DNA of 64,000 bases from assembly GCF_028641065.1 (NCBI RefSeq), contig NC_073387.1:13826001-13890000 (forward strand), in the 5' to 3' direction. Below are positions 51,975 to 63,655 of this stretch, one piece after another. A model generated the notes under the pieces. That model had not been told where the DNA came from and made no database searches. It worked only from the letters and a program-made list of their open reading frames with translations. The stretch is from Leucoraja erinacea (Eukaryota). The position numbers were made by a program, and so were the translations under genes. Numbering within the stretch: the first letter of the stretch is position 1; the number at the start of each line of letters is the position of its first letter.

Positions 51975-52860
51975 GTGATTTGTAAGTTTGCAGTTGACAC
52001 TGAAGTGGGTGGTATCGGAGATAGCGAAGATAGTTATCAAAAATTACAGCAGTATCTTGACAAGTTGGGCCAGTGGGCTGTGGAATGTTTAATTGAGTTT
52101 AATGCAGATAAATGCAAGGTGTATTATTTTGTGAAGCCAAAGGGATCTAGGAGTGCAGGTACATTGTTCTTTGAAAACGACATCACAGGCAGATAGGGTG
52201 GTCAAGAGGGTTTTCAGCACATTGGACTTCATCAGTCAGGGTACAAAGTATAGAAGTTGGGATGTTATGTTACAATTTTACAAGACATTGGTGAGGCCCC
52301 AGTCGAAGTATTGTGTTCAGTTGTGGCCACCATGTTCTAGGAATGACATTGTGAAGCTGGTAAGAGTGCAGAGAAGATTTACAAGAATGTTGCCGTGACT
52401 TGAGGGCCTGAGCTCAAGGGAGAGGCTGGACAGGCTAGGTCTTTATTCCTTGGAGCGCACAAGGATGAGGGGGTGATCATGTAGAGGTGTATAAGATGAG
52501 GACAGGAATACATAGAGTGAATGCGCAGATTCTTTTACCCAGAGTAGAGTACCCAGAGTTCAGGGAATCAATAAGCAGAGGACATAGGTTTAAGATGAGA
52601 GGAGAAAGATTTAAAACAACCTGGGGAGCAACCTTTTCACACAGAGTGATGGTTTTCTGAAACTAGCTGCCAGAGGAAGTAGTTGAGACAGGTACCATAA
52701 CAACACGTAAAGGACATTTGCCCAGTTACATGAGTAGGAAAGGTTTAGAGGGATTTGAACCAAACGTGGGCAGGTGGGACTAGTGTAGATGGGGCATGTT
52801 AGGCAATGTAGGCAAGTTGGGTTGAAGGGTCTAATTCCATGCTGTATGACTCTATGACTG
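51975..52860 (+). mobile_element. CR1 LINE fragment
   Basis: ICKFAVDTEVGG...FNADKCKV and LVRPQSKYCVQLW, with a (tatgactc) tail. Confidence 0.85.
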
Positions 52861-52918
52861 TGGGAGGTTTTCCTACATCATATAACTCTTCCACTTACAT
52901 TCAGGTCTAAAGAATATA

Positions 52919-53106
52919 CAGATGCCCCCCGATTTACTATGTTTCGACTTACGATATTTCGACTTTACGCTCGGCAACAGCAGCGAGCTGCAGTTCACGT
53001 CTGGCCACGTGATCGCATTGTATTAAATGCATTTTCGTCTTGTGATATTTTTGATTTACGATGTGTTTATCGAAACGTAACCCCATCATAGGTCGAGGAG
53101 CATCTG
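52919..53106. mobile_element. Tc1/mariner-pogo (Tigger-like) MITE
   Basis: TA|CAGATGCCCCCCGA ... TCGAGGAGCATCTG|TA, with repeated ttcgac/tttacga subterminal motifs. Confidence 0.8.
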
Positions 53107-53361
53107 TACTCCAGTACACCATGATGCAAGTGTTAGTATCAACATCACTGTTTCTCAAAAGCCTTTATTTGTCATAGAACCATGAAAGTAAAAAGCTGAA
53201 AAGGGATTGCTTGTAAGTGAGATTCTTTTGAAGTGTAGTTACCTCTGGAATGTAGGTAAGATGACAGCCAATATGAGCATAACAACTTCCAAGGTGATAA
53301 TAATCAACACCAAGGGTAATTCTACTGCTAAGCACAGAAAAGAAATAGAGGGTTGGGAGAC

Positions 53362-53712
53362 ATTACTTGAAATTGGACAATTCAAGGTTCATTCCATTGG
53401 GTTGTAAGCTACTCAAGGAAAATACGAGGTGCTGTTCCTCCAACTTGCATGTGATCTCACACTGGCAGCGGAAGAGGCTCAGGATAGAAAGGTTGGAATG
53501 GAAAGGGAAGTTGAAATGGTGAGCAACCGGGATATCCAGCAGGCCTTGGCAAAACGATCACAAATGTTCATCGAAATGGTTGACTATTCTACATGACATA
53601 GTCTGCTGGGTAGTTTACAACCCAACCTGGTGAACATTGGTCTCCAGGTTCAAGTAATACCCTCCTGCTCCCTTCTCTTTCTTGTGTCACTTATTTCTCC
53701 CACTATCTCCTA

Positions 53713-53743
<31 letters not shown>

Positions 53744-54390
53744 GACACTCTGCTCCTATCACCACCTTTGTACACTCACTTTACTTTAGAGATACAGAGG
53801 GGGACAATTTACAATTTTTTACCAAAGCCAATTAGCCGACAAATCTGTACGTGTTTGAAGTGTGGAAAACGGAGCACCCGGAGAAAAGCCATGGATTTAC
53901 AGGGAGAATGTACAGTACAAATTCCATACATGCAACAACTGTAGTCAGGATTGAACCCAGGTCTCTGGTGCTGTAAGGCAGCAACTCTATTGCTGCGCCA
54001 CTGTGCTACCCTAAGCTGCGCCACAGTGCTGTCGTCCCATCCCCATCCCCGCGTCCCTCAATTCCCTTTTATCATCCCCCCTGGCTTTACATTTTACTTC
54101 TGTCCTAATCTGACACCTTTTCCTCGTTTCCTTTCCACCTGCACCCGTTGAACTTATTCCACCCATTCAAACTCCTCTCATCTTCATCCACTCATCGTTA
54201 GCTTGGCTTTGTCCTGTACCGCGCCCCACATATCTTTTCCGCCTTTCCCCCTCCACTACTTTCAGTCTAAAGAAGTGTTCCAACCCGAACCATCGCCTAT
54301 TCAGAGCCCGCTCCTGTTCCTGGCCAGCTCAGTTCCTCCAGCACTTTGTGCTTTGCTCAAGATTCCTGCATCTGCAGTTACATTTGTCTC
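53362..54390 (+). mobile_element. Penelope-like 3' fragment with inverted 5' segment
   Basis: 53362-53600 on the - strand encodes KLEEQHLVFSLSSLQPNGMNLELSNFK. 53600-54390 on the + strand carries the same C-terminal region and a degenerate terminal repeat. An HE1 SINE is nested at ~53780-54025. Confidence 0.7.
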
Positions 54391-55084
54391 GATAATTCTA
54401 CCGCACTTCTTCGAAGTAATGACATTGGATTGTTTAGGACTATCCATAGCAGAGAACTGTTTTTCAGTTTATTCTCTCATCCAAATGTAGTGCTCCTTTG
54501 CTGCTGGAATGGTACAGCAGTCAAGAGTTTTGAGTGCTGCCATCTGGGCCACAGCCAACACTGGGAAAAGCATTTGATTTTAAGACCACATTATTAACCA
54601 GCCAACTCTCAGCAACTGGGACAGGCTGTTTATTCGATAATGGGTCATCAGAAAGTGACTGCTGTGTGTCTGATTTAAGGTAGTGTAATTTAAGATCAGG
54701 GAGCATAGAAGAGAATCCCAAATCCCAAATTATACAAATTAAGTTGAAAGAAAGGTCACTGACCTGTTACTGGACCACTGTTTCCTTCTTCACTGATGCT
54801 GCTCGAGTCTTTTTGTGTGTCTGGTTTCATTCTTTAATGTACATTAAGCAATTTGTATTAATCACAGAGTCACAGCATGGTCACAGTGTAGATGGAGGTC
54901 TTTCTGTGCCTAGATGGTCCCGACTCCCTATACAAACAACCTGGCTTCACTACCAATGAATTGGTCCACTACCAATTCTCTTCCTTTGACCCTGCACATT
55001 CTTTTGTCTCCAATACTTAGGCAGCTCCCTTTTCAAGACTAAAACTAAATTTGCCTTTCTTACTGCGCTTTTAAGCACATTTAT

Positions 55085-55680
55085 ACTGTAGAAAATGAGT
55101 GGTGATATTATAGAGGTGTATGACTGTGAGAGAAATAGATCGGTTAAACACAGAGCACAGAGTCTTTTGCCCATAGTAGGGGAATCGAGAACCAGATGAC
55201 ATAGGTAAGGTGAGGGGAGAAAGATTTAATTGGAACCCGAGGGGTAACTTTTTTACACAAAGTGTGGTGGGTGTCTGGATGGAACCCATTGCAGCTGCTG
55301 TGAAGAAAACACATGTTTAAGACAGTGAATGAGGTATCACTTGATCCCAGAACAGGCCTAGATAGAGTGGATGTGGAGAGGGTGTTTGCAGTGGTGGAAG
55401 AGTCTGGGACCAGAGAGTCTCAGAATAAAAGGACATGCCTTTTAAATGGAGATGAGGGGGGGTTTCTTTAGAGGGTGGTGAATCTGTGGAATTCTTTGCC
55501 GTGGAGGCCAAGTCATTGGGTATTTTTTAAAGCAGATATTGATAGGTTCTTGATTAGTAAGGGTGTCAAATGTTATGGAGAGAAGGCAGGAGAAAGGGGT
55601 TGAGAGGGAAAAATAGATCAGCCATGATCAAATGGCAGAGCAGACTCGATAGGCCTGATGGCCTAATTCTGCTCCTGTGT
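55085..55680 (+). mobile_element. Two adjoining CR1 3' fragments
   Basis: Contains gggaatcgagaaccaga, ggtggtgaatctgtggaattc and gatcagccatgatc CR1 3' motifs. Confidence 0.7.
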
Positions 55681-55904
55681 TGAATTAACATGAGAATGTC
55701 ATCAGGCCACTTGTGTTGTGCTAAAGCTGCATTCCTCTGAAAATGACCACTATAAATTCCCCCCAGTGTGCAGGGAGTGGATGAGAAAATATGATTACAT
55801 AGAACTAGTATGAACGGGTGATCGATGGTCAGTCTGAACATAGTGGGCCGAAGGCCCTGTTTCCATGCTATTTCTCTAAACTGAGCTTAACTAAGTATAA
55901 ATTA

Positions 55905-56069
55905 TTCAAGAAGGAACTGCAGATGCTGGAAGATTGAAGGTACACAAAATTGCTGGAGAAACTCAGCGGGTGCAGCAGCATCTTATGGAGCGAAGGAAAT
56001 AGGCGACGTTTCGGGCCGAAACCCTTCTTCAGACTGGGTCTGAAGAAGGGTTTCGGCCCGAAACGTCGC
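55905..56069. mobile_element. Short Penelope-derived element with two opposed hammerhead cores
   Basis: 14-bp TSD ctaagtataaatta (55891-55904 / 56070-56083). Internal gacgtttcgggccgaaacccttcttcag-actgggt-ctgaagaagggtttcggcccgaaacgtc. Confidence 0.85.
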
Positions 56070-56071
56070 CT
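56036..56071 (+). ncRNA. Minimal type I hammerhead ribozyme motif
   Basis: GGGU|CUGAAGA|A|GGGU-UUCG-GCCC|GAAA|CG|UC^GCCU. It has the conserved CUGANGA and GAAA core, a 4-bp stem II, stem I GGGU/GCCU and a palindromic ACGU stem III as in PLE minimal hammerheads. Predicted cut after 56067. Activity is untested. Confidence 0.7.
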
Positions 56072-56559
56072 AAGTATAAATTAAGTCTGTTTACCCAAAA
56101 CAGAAAGATGATGCACAAATAGTGACCATAAGTATAAGTAGTCAGCAATAATTCCATTCAGGAATGTGGAAGCGTGGTCTTCAACCAAAGAATGCTTAGA
56201 ATGTAGAACCTGCAACTCATGGTGTGTCTGTAGGAGGCAACAATAACCAAAGGGGGGTTAATGGGCATGTGAGAGGGAAAGGTTTCCACAGGTGTAAAAG
56301 GCAAAGAGAATAGGATTTATGGGATTGCTCTTCTGGGATTTGTCATAGACCCCCCTATGTAACTATAAGTAGTGGTGCAATTATGAAGAATATCTAGATA
56401 CCTTAAGGAAAAAGCTAACTAAATTCATGAAGGTGAAATGAATAGGATACATAGATGGGGTTAAACGAGGTAGGATAGAGAAAGTTATCTTACAAAATAA
56501 ACTCCAGTAGGGATGTTACTGGCAAGATGGACTGCTTCCGAGTGAGTATCCTCCATCAG

Positions 56560-56800
56560 GGCGGCATGGTGGTGCAAAAGTAGACTTGCTGCCTTACAGC
56601 GCTTACAGTGCTAGAGACCTGGGTTCAATCCTGACTACAGGTGCTGTCTGTACGGGGTTTGTATAATCTCCCCAGCTTGGTGTAAATGTAAATTGTCCCT
56701 GTATGTGTAGGATAGTTTTAATGTGTGGGGATCGCCAGTTGGCGCAGACTCGGTAGGTCGAAGTGTCTGTTTCCGCGCTGTATCTCTAATCTAAACTAAA
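56560..56800 (+). mobile_element. HE1-type V-SINE with internal deletion
   Basis: Head and tail match the consensus; the V-domain is shortened. Confidence 0.75.
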
Positions 56801-57159
56801 CAAAACATGCAGAGATACTGAACAATATGCTGAACAAAGCATTAAAAAACTGTAGTACTTTATCCAGTGTTGCTTTTCTTTATTTTTTTATTTTTTTTAT
56901 TTATCCATATGGAGAGTATTCCATCATACTCCTCACTTGCAGTTTTAAGATAATGGAAAGCCTCTTGCAGCTTTGTGGCTGGTCCAGTAGCTTGTATTTC
57001 TGTGGTTGGTCCAGCTGAGTTACCAGTCAATGGTGATCCTGGCCTCCAGGATGTTGAATACTTTCGTGGGAAAGAAATAATTTGCATTCATGAAGCACCT
57101 TTAACAGCCTGAGGCTATGTCAAAGCACTTTCCACTCAACTCAACACGTATGAAGTGTA

Positions 57160-57407
57160 AACAAAAAGGACACAAAGTGTTGGAGTAACTCAACAGGTTG
57201 AGCAGCATCCATGGAGAACATGAATAGTTGATGCTTCGGATCGGGACCATTCTTCAGACTGTTTCTTCAATTCAGTCTGAAGAAGGGTCCCGACCCAAAA
57301 CATCACCTATCCATGTTCTCCAGGGATGCTGCTCAACCCGTTGAGTTACTCCAGCGCTTTGTGTCCTTTTTTTTGTAATCCAGCATCTGTAGGACCTTGT
57401 TTCTACA
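57160..57407. mobile_element. Fold-back Penelope-derived hammerhead element (older)
   Basis: 11-bp TSD tatgaagtgta. Inverted arms meet at cagactg-tttcttcaatt-cagtctgaagaaggg. The core has decayed (GAAA to AAAA). Confidence 0.8.
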
Positions 57408-57526
57408 TATGAAGTGTAGTTATCTCTGAAACATCAGTCGACATAGCAGCCAATTTGCACCCACAACTTAATAACGACTAGACTTTCAGAAATAGATGTT
57501 GGTTGTGGGCCAGATAGCCTGAGAAA

Positions 57527-57865
57527 GCTAGTTGAAGGTAGTTGAAGGTGGTTGCCGGAGGTTGCAGGTAGTGGATGGTAAGACCTTCCACTACCTACAA
57601 CCTCCGGCAACCACCTTCAACTAGCATCCCAACCGGCTTCGACTAAAAAATTACCGATTTTTAAAACGGCAACCTATTTTTAGTCACGGCTGGTTTTTAA
57701 TTTTTTGAAATAATCGCCGGAACATAGAAGAAGCGGAAACCACTTTCGATCATTGGGGAGACTGACAAAAACCTCCGGGATCCTCCAGGAACCGCACAGA
57801 AACCTTGGGTGGGGCGCAAAGTCTCCAGAGGTTTCCGTTCAGGTTTCCTAAGTGGGACAGGGACA
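57527..57865. mobile_element. Partial Harbinger-like MITE with internal hairpin
   Basis: Ends agtgggacagggaca|taa, the same TIR type as above. Contains a 37-bp-arm inverted repeat at 57539-57575 / 57587-57623. Confidence 0.55.
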
Positions 57866-58141
57866 TAACAATCAACCACCTGGGTCCAGGTACCCACCAA
57901 GAAAATCGTCAGTCAGTCGTTTTTTAGTGCTGCCCAGGCAGTGGCCATGGAGTGGGTACCTGCTGTGTGTCAATATGTTCACAAAAGGAGGAAAGAAAAT
58001 GCTGAAGAAGGGTCCCAATTCGAAACACCACCCAACCATTTTCTCCAAAGATGCTACCTGGCCAGCTGAGTTACTCCAGCACTCCGTGTCTTTTTTTTTT
58101 AAAGCAGCATCTGCAGTTCCTTGTGTCTAAAGACAATCAAT

Positions 58142-58450
58142 GCCACCATAGTGGCGCAGTGGCAGAGTTGGTGCTTTTCTGTGACAGAGACCCAGGTTCG
58201 ATCCTAACTATGGGTGCAATCTGTACGGAATTTGTACCTTCTCCCTATGACTACATCAGTTTTCCCTGGGTGCTCCGGATTCCTCCCACACCCCCAAGAC
58301 ATACAGGTTTATAGAATAATTGGCTTGGTAAAATTGTAAATTGTCCCTAGTGTGTGTAGAATAGTGTTAGTTTGCGAGGATCGCTGGTCAGCGCTAACTT
58401 GGTGGGCCAAAGGGCCTGTTTCTGCGCTGTATCTCTAAACTAAATTAAAC
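58142..58450 (+). mobile_element. HE1-type V-SINE
   Basis: Consensus match across head, V-domain and tail. Confidence 0.8.
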
Positions 58451-59328
58451 TGTAAAAGACTGGCAATAAAAATGTTGTTTTATTTTAACCCAGGAAAGCA
58501 GTTATTCTAACTATATTAAAAAATATCAAAAAATATAAAATATAATACTTGCTTTATTTGCATCACATCTGCCTAAATACTAACATAATATTCATGTTAT
58601 TCTAGAGGCTCTTTTGTTTGAAACCACCTTCAGGTTAATGAAAGGGTTAAGCTGTTGCAAAGTGCTTCAGGAAGCCTGCTGGCCCCAGGGTACAGTAAGA
58701 GCAGGAAGGGAGTCATTAGCTGTAAACTGACATGGTATTACTTCCTTCTGGATTACTGTTTAAGGAGGGCAGGAATTTGAGCCCTGTCACTACCACAGTA
58801 AAGTAATTTGGCGAGCATGTGTCAGCACTGACAGCAAAGAAGCCTCTGTGGTTTTAGCGAGCTGCTGTGCATTGACAATCATATATTTATACGTCTGGTC
58901 AAGGTCTATACTTTACTATTTGGAAATTCTGGCCTTCCGTTTCTTTCAACTACTGTCATTTAGATGTCACCTAATGTAATGGTAATCTATGATCTGTGGG
59001 CCTCTGCATTTGACCTTGATGAGTCTGAGTCGCTTCCGGGAATAAAAATGCTGCATCAAAAATGTGTCATTAGGACTCTCCTTATGGGTCATTGGGCAAG
59101 TACAGCAAATGGCCAGGGTGCTGCAGATCCATACACTCCAAAGCCGCTGACTGAGATGATTACTTTTATTTTTATTAACTTTAATTTCTTCATGGGCGAT
59201 GGTCAACATTGGCATTTATTGTCCATCCTTAACAGCTTTCAAAGTAAATAGTTTGTGGAGTGAACTACATAACTGGTGCACTGTATTCAAATACAGGCTA
59301 AAGTGGATTAATTCAATAGATTTCATTG

Positions 59329-59464
59329 AAGTAGTCTGAAGAAGGGTTTCGGCCCGAAACGTTGCCTATTTCCTTCGCACCATAGATGCTGCTGCACCCG
59401 CTGAGTTTCTCCAGCATTTTTGTGTACCTTCGATTTTCCAGCATCTGCAGTTCCTTCTTAAACA
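59329..59464 (+). mobile_element. Monomeric Penelope-derived hammerhead element
   Basis: 15-bp TSD caatagatttcattg (59314-59328 / 59465-59479). Intact core CTGAAGAAGGGTTTCGGCCCGAAACGTT at 59336-59363. Confidence 0.85.
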
Positions 59465-60393
59465 CAATAGATTTCATTGCCTGAAGGATATGTGAGGGGG
59501 GTGGATTTTTACAGCAATCCGATCAATTAAATAGTCACTACTGATAGAGCATCAGAGAATAAACTGGATCACAAGAGAGCCTAATATGGAAACTTTCCCA
59601 CATATAAGTGACACTGGCATTACTAATCAGATAACATTTGCTGTTAACGTTTGTTTACCGGTACTTAATATCGTGGGTTCGACAGCTATCCTACAAGCTC
59701 CACAATTAAGAAGGGAATCTCCACAAATCTCCCAAATTCTTGGAAAACAATCTCATCAATGAATAACATTTAACCTACATAACTTTCTACCTCCTTCGCT
59801 CCTGAATAGTGAATGCAGGCAACTTCATGACTTTGATTTTGGAGACAAGTATTGAGCTGGCGAATGCAGATCAAAGGCCTGATGTTGCCCTGAATGACTT
59901 TCCCTTTTATTGATTACAATGGAAATGAAAATTGAACTGCATATGTAATGGGTGTTCTGACCCAATATTGACCATGTTGTTCTGTCCCCAAGGGATAAAG
60001 TTGGCCACATTATCTTTAAAATAGCCTTTAGTTTGGGTCGTTTTGAGGATTTGTACAGTAGACACAATTCCCTGTCTAAAATGTGTCTTCGTCCACTATT
60101 TTCTGTGGTACTTTTGGGTTTGTGAACTGCACTGCGGGCAATACAGGATACACTTAGTCCTGGAGCACCAAAGGCCAAGTCTACTGTATTTATTGCAATA
60201 GGAGACTCTCGACTGAACATAATGCATTATACAGACAAAGCTGCAGCAAATAATCACCTAACTCAGTTCCTTGATTAGCAGTAACCCCATCAACTTTTAA
60301 ATTACAATTACATTTAGCAGCTGATGCATATGAGCCACGACCAACATATACCACATTATCTTTAAGCAAGTACTGGTTAATAATTTCACTCAA

Positions 60394-60686
60394 TACTCGA
60401 GGACAAGAGAACATATGTGTAAAGAGATGGAGAAACAATTGAATAGGAATCTGAGAGGTAATCTTTTCACACAAAGGGTGGTGGGTGTATGGAACAAGCT
60501 GCCAGAGGAGGTAGTTGAGGCAGGGACTATTCCAACATTTAAGAAACATTTTGACAGGTACATGGATAGGAAATGTTTGCTAATGGGCCAAATGCAAGCA
60601 GGTGGGATTAGTGTAGCTGGGACATGTTGGCCGTTGTAGGCAAGTTGGGACGAAGGGCCTGTTTCCACACTCTATCACTCTATGAC
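60394..60686 (+). mobile_element. CR1 3' fragment
   Basis: NRNLRGNLFTQRVVGVWNKLPEEVVEAG. Confidence 0.8.
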
Positions 60687-60840
60687 TAGTTGAAGTCTAG
60701 AAACCAACACATTTGCAGTGTTCTGGATTGTAGAGAATTAGTCTTTAGCTAGACATTGATATTCAGTCAAATATCCTTTCTTCAACGCATTTAAAAAAAA
60801 CTTGTAAATCCTACATATGTTTAACCTGCTAACCTGCTGA

Positions 60841-60990
60841 CAATTGTGGGGTAAATCTAAACAAATGGAAGAGAAATACCTTTTATGGTTCTTTCAGAAT
60901 ATGCCAAAGTGCTTTAAGGCAAATTGGGATATTCTGAAAGAACCATAAAAGGTGTTTTTCTTCCACTTGTTTAGATTTATCCCACAATTG
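60841..60990. repeat. Inverted repeat with 62-bp arms
   Basis: 60841-60902 versus 60929-60990, with 4 mismatches and a 26-bp spacer. Confidence 0.9.
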
Positions 60991-61599
60991 AGATTCTTTA
61001 GAAGTGTGGTCTAGGTATTAATGTAACAGCCAGAATGCACACAGTAAAGTTAAAGACACAATCTCTTTTAGCGAAGATAGACGCATTCACCTGGAGTAAC
61101 TCAGAGTGTCCGGCAGATTCTCTGGAGAAAAGGAATAGGTGATGTTCCGGGTCGAGACACTTTGTCAGACCATCTGAAATGTCACATATTCATTTTTTCT
61201 AGAGATGTTGCCTGACCCGCTGAGTTACTCCAGCTTCCTCCCTACACATAATCTATTTCAGTGACCTTTCATAAGGAACAGATAGAGGGGCAGTAACTTC
61301 TTTGAAATGGCACAGTGAAACTCCAATACTGGCATCTGATTATATGGAAATTCTGTAATCTGGCATCTCTCTCACTCATTAGCCCAGAATGTGAGCCCAT
61401 GGGTCCAGAGGGCAGCCAGTGCCAGACTCCAAGCTATGGGCTGGGAGTGCAGCCAGAGCCAGGGGTGTGGTCGGATCTGGGGCTGATGTGAATTACCAGG
61501 GAGCAGGTAGCCTTGTGGCCAGAGCTGGGGTCCAGAGCGCTTATATAATTCCTGTTCTATTTAAACTCACTTTGTACACTTTGTAACATGTAAAAATAA

Positions 61600-62050
61600 A
61601 TCATAGTCGTACAGCATGGAATCAGACCCTTCAGCCCAACTTGCCCACATCCACCAACATATCCCATCTACCTACACTAGTCCCACCTGCCTGCATTTGC
61701 CTATATTCCTCTGACCCTTTCCTTTCCATGTACCGACCCAAATGTATTTTAAATGTTACAATAGTACCTGCCTCAACTACCTCCTCTGGCAGCTCGTTTC
61801 ATATACATACCACCCTCTAAAATGTTGCCCCTCGGGTTCCTGTTAAATCTTTCCACTCTCACTGTAAGCCTATGTCTCCTGGTTCTTGATTCCCCTACTC
61901 TGAGTAAAAGATGATGTGCGTCTACCTTATCTCTTCCCCTCATGATCTTTTACACCTCCATATGATCACCCTTCATTTCCTGCGTTCCGAGGAATAATGT
62001 CATAGCCTGCAGAACCTCTCCCTATAGTTGAAGCCCTCAAGTCCTGGCAA
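61600..62050 (-). mobile_element. CR1 3' fragment
   Basis: Reverse complement of the subfamily seen at 42547 and 60394 (cctgcctcaactacctcctctggcagctc). Confidence 0.8.
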
Positions 62051-62411
62051 ATGAAATAAAAATATGTGTGGCACAGCGGAAGAGTTGCATCCTGACTACA
62101 GGTGCTGTCTATACGGAGTTTGTAGTTCTCCCCGTGACCTGCGTGGGTTTTCTCCAAGATCTTCGGTTTCCTTCCGCACTCCAAAGATGTACAGGTTTGT
62201 AGGTTAATTGGCTTGGTATAAATGTAAATTGTCCCTGTGTGTATACGGTAGCGTTAATGTGCGGGGATCGTTGCTTGATGAGGAGTCGGTGGGCCGAAGG
62301 GCGTGTTTCCGTGCAGTATCTCTAAAACTAAAATAAAATAAATATTAAATGAATAACATTTAACAGTACGGAAAAATTACTAATCCAGCAACACCAAAGT
62401 CCCAAAGGTGT

Positions 62412-62628
62412 TCAAGAAGGAACTGCAGATGCTGGAAGATCGAAGGTACACAAAATTGCTGGAGAAACTCAGCGCGTGCAGCAGCATCTATGGAGTGAAG
62501 AAAATAGGCGACGTTTCGGGCCGAAACCCTTCTTCAGTCTGAAGAAGGGTTTCAGCCCGAAACGTCGCCTATTTTCTTCACTCCATAGATGCTGCTGCAC
62601 CCGCTGAGTTTCTCCAGCAATTTTGTGT
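62412..62628. mobile_element. Fold-back Penelope-derived hammerhead element
   Basis: 16-bp TSD aaagtcccaaaggtgt (62396-62411 / 62629-62644). 91-bp arms (62447-62537 / 62539-62629) with 2 mismatches around a single central T, and hammerhead cores on both strands. Confidence 0.9.
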
Positions 62629-62872
62629 AAAGTCCCAAAGGTGTCGGGTTACTGGAGTTTCACTGCGCTGGGAAATCTCCTACCTCTGCATGAGAGAGCA
62701 GAGACACTCCAATGTTGTAATTCTCAACTAACTCAGATGAGACAGATAAAGAAAATCCAAGCACATTACAGGACCTGAAATTATTGGTGAAACTGTTAGT
62801 AAGATTTAATATTTATTTACGTTATGTATAATTCCCTCTCATTCAATTGCAGTTTTTCAATTAAATTATTGT

Positions 62873-62888
62873 ACCACTAGAGGGGGCA
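62873..62888 (+). promoter_or_regulatory. CTCF-like motif
   Basis: ACCACTAGAGGGGGCA. Confidence 0.45.
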
Positions 62889-63054
62889 TGAGAGATGTTG
62901 CTGAGATAATTCAATGGCATCCCACACGAACCTAATTCCCGTTCCATCCACAGATTTTTTTAAATTTCCAAAAATAAACATAATTCAGATTTTAAAATAT
63001 ATACAAAACAAGAACCGTTCAAAAACTCTTTTGACATTGCCTCTTGAGAAAAAC

Positions 63055-63562
63055 GTTAAGATACAGCGTGGAAAGAAGCCCTTCAGCCCGCTGAGTCCAT
63101 GCCAACCAACGATCACAGAGCACACTAGCACTTCCCCACACACTAGGGACGATTTACAATCAAGTAACAAGTATCCTTTATTGTCATTCAGACTTTTCAG
63201 TCTGAACGAAATTTCGTGCCTTGCAGTCATAACATAGAATAAAATAACAAAACACACAATAAACACAGATTTAACATCCACCACAGTGAGTCCACCAGCC
63301 ACCTCCTCATTGTGATGGAAGGCAAAAGTCTTAAAGTCCTTGTCTCTTCCCTCCTTGTTCTCCCTCAATTTTACCAAAGCCAATTAACCTACAAACTTGT
63401 ACGTCTTTGGAGTGTGGGAGGGAGTCGGAGCAGCCAGAGAAAACCCATGCGGTCACAGGGGGAATGTACAAAGTCCATACAGACAGCACCCGTGGTCAAG
63501 ATCAAACCCAGGTCTCTGACGCTGTAAGGCAGCAACTTTACTGCTGCGCCACCGTGCCACCG
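63055..63562 (-). mobile_element. HE1-type V-SINE interrupted by a ~200-bp insertion (~63160-63366)
   Basis: SINE halves flank an insert with a minus-strand aataaa tail (ctttattgtcattc), with caat on both sides. Confidence 0.7.
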
Positions 63563-63655
63563 TCATTCTTTACATTAATTAGTGTCATATTTGGTGGTGT
63601 TCGCAACTACCCTTAAATTAAGTACCCTTGCCACTCATGTGGTCCCCTGAGGAGA

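Larger units (their letters stand above)
61313..62665. mobile_element. Old Tigger/pogo-like DNA transposon hosting nested CR1, HE1 SINE and hammerhead element
   Basis: 13-bp TIRs CAGTGAAACTCCA / TGGAGTTTCACTG. The flanks rejoin into DeuSINE-like sequence. The TA TSD is not preserved. Confidence 0.55.

Noticed and set aside
59825-60220. 131-aa minus-strand ORF in non-repeat sequence
   Set aside because: No recognisable domain, a non-ATG start and no clear splice signals, so it cannot be supported as an exon.
62447-62629. Classifying the fold-back elements as DNA-transposon MITEs
   Set aside because: TSDs are long and variable (9-16 bp), arms are asymmetric, monomers exist, and the same sequence terminates GIY-YIG Penelope remnants, all indicating retrotransposition.
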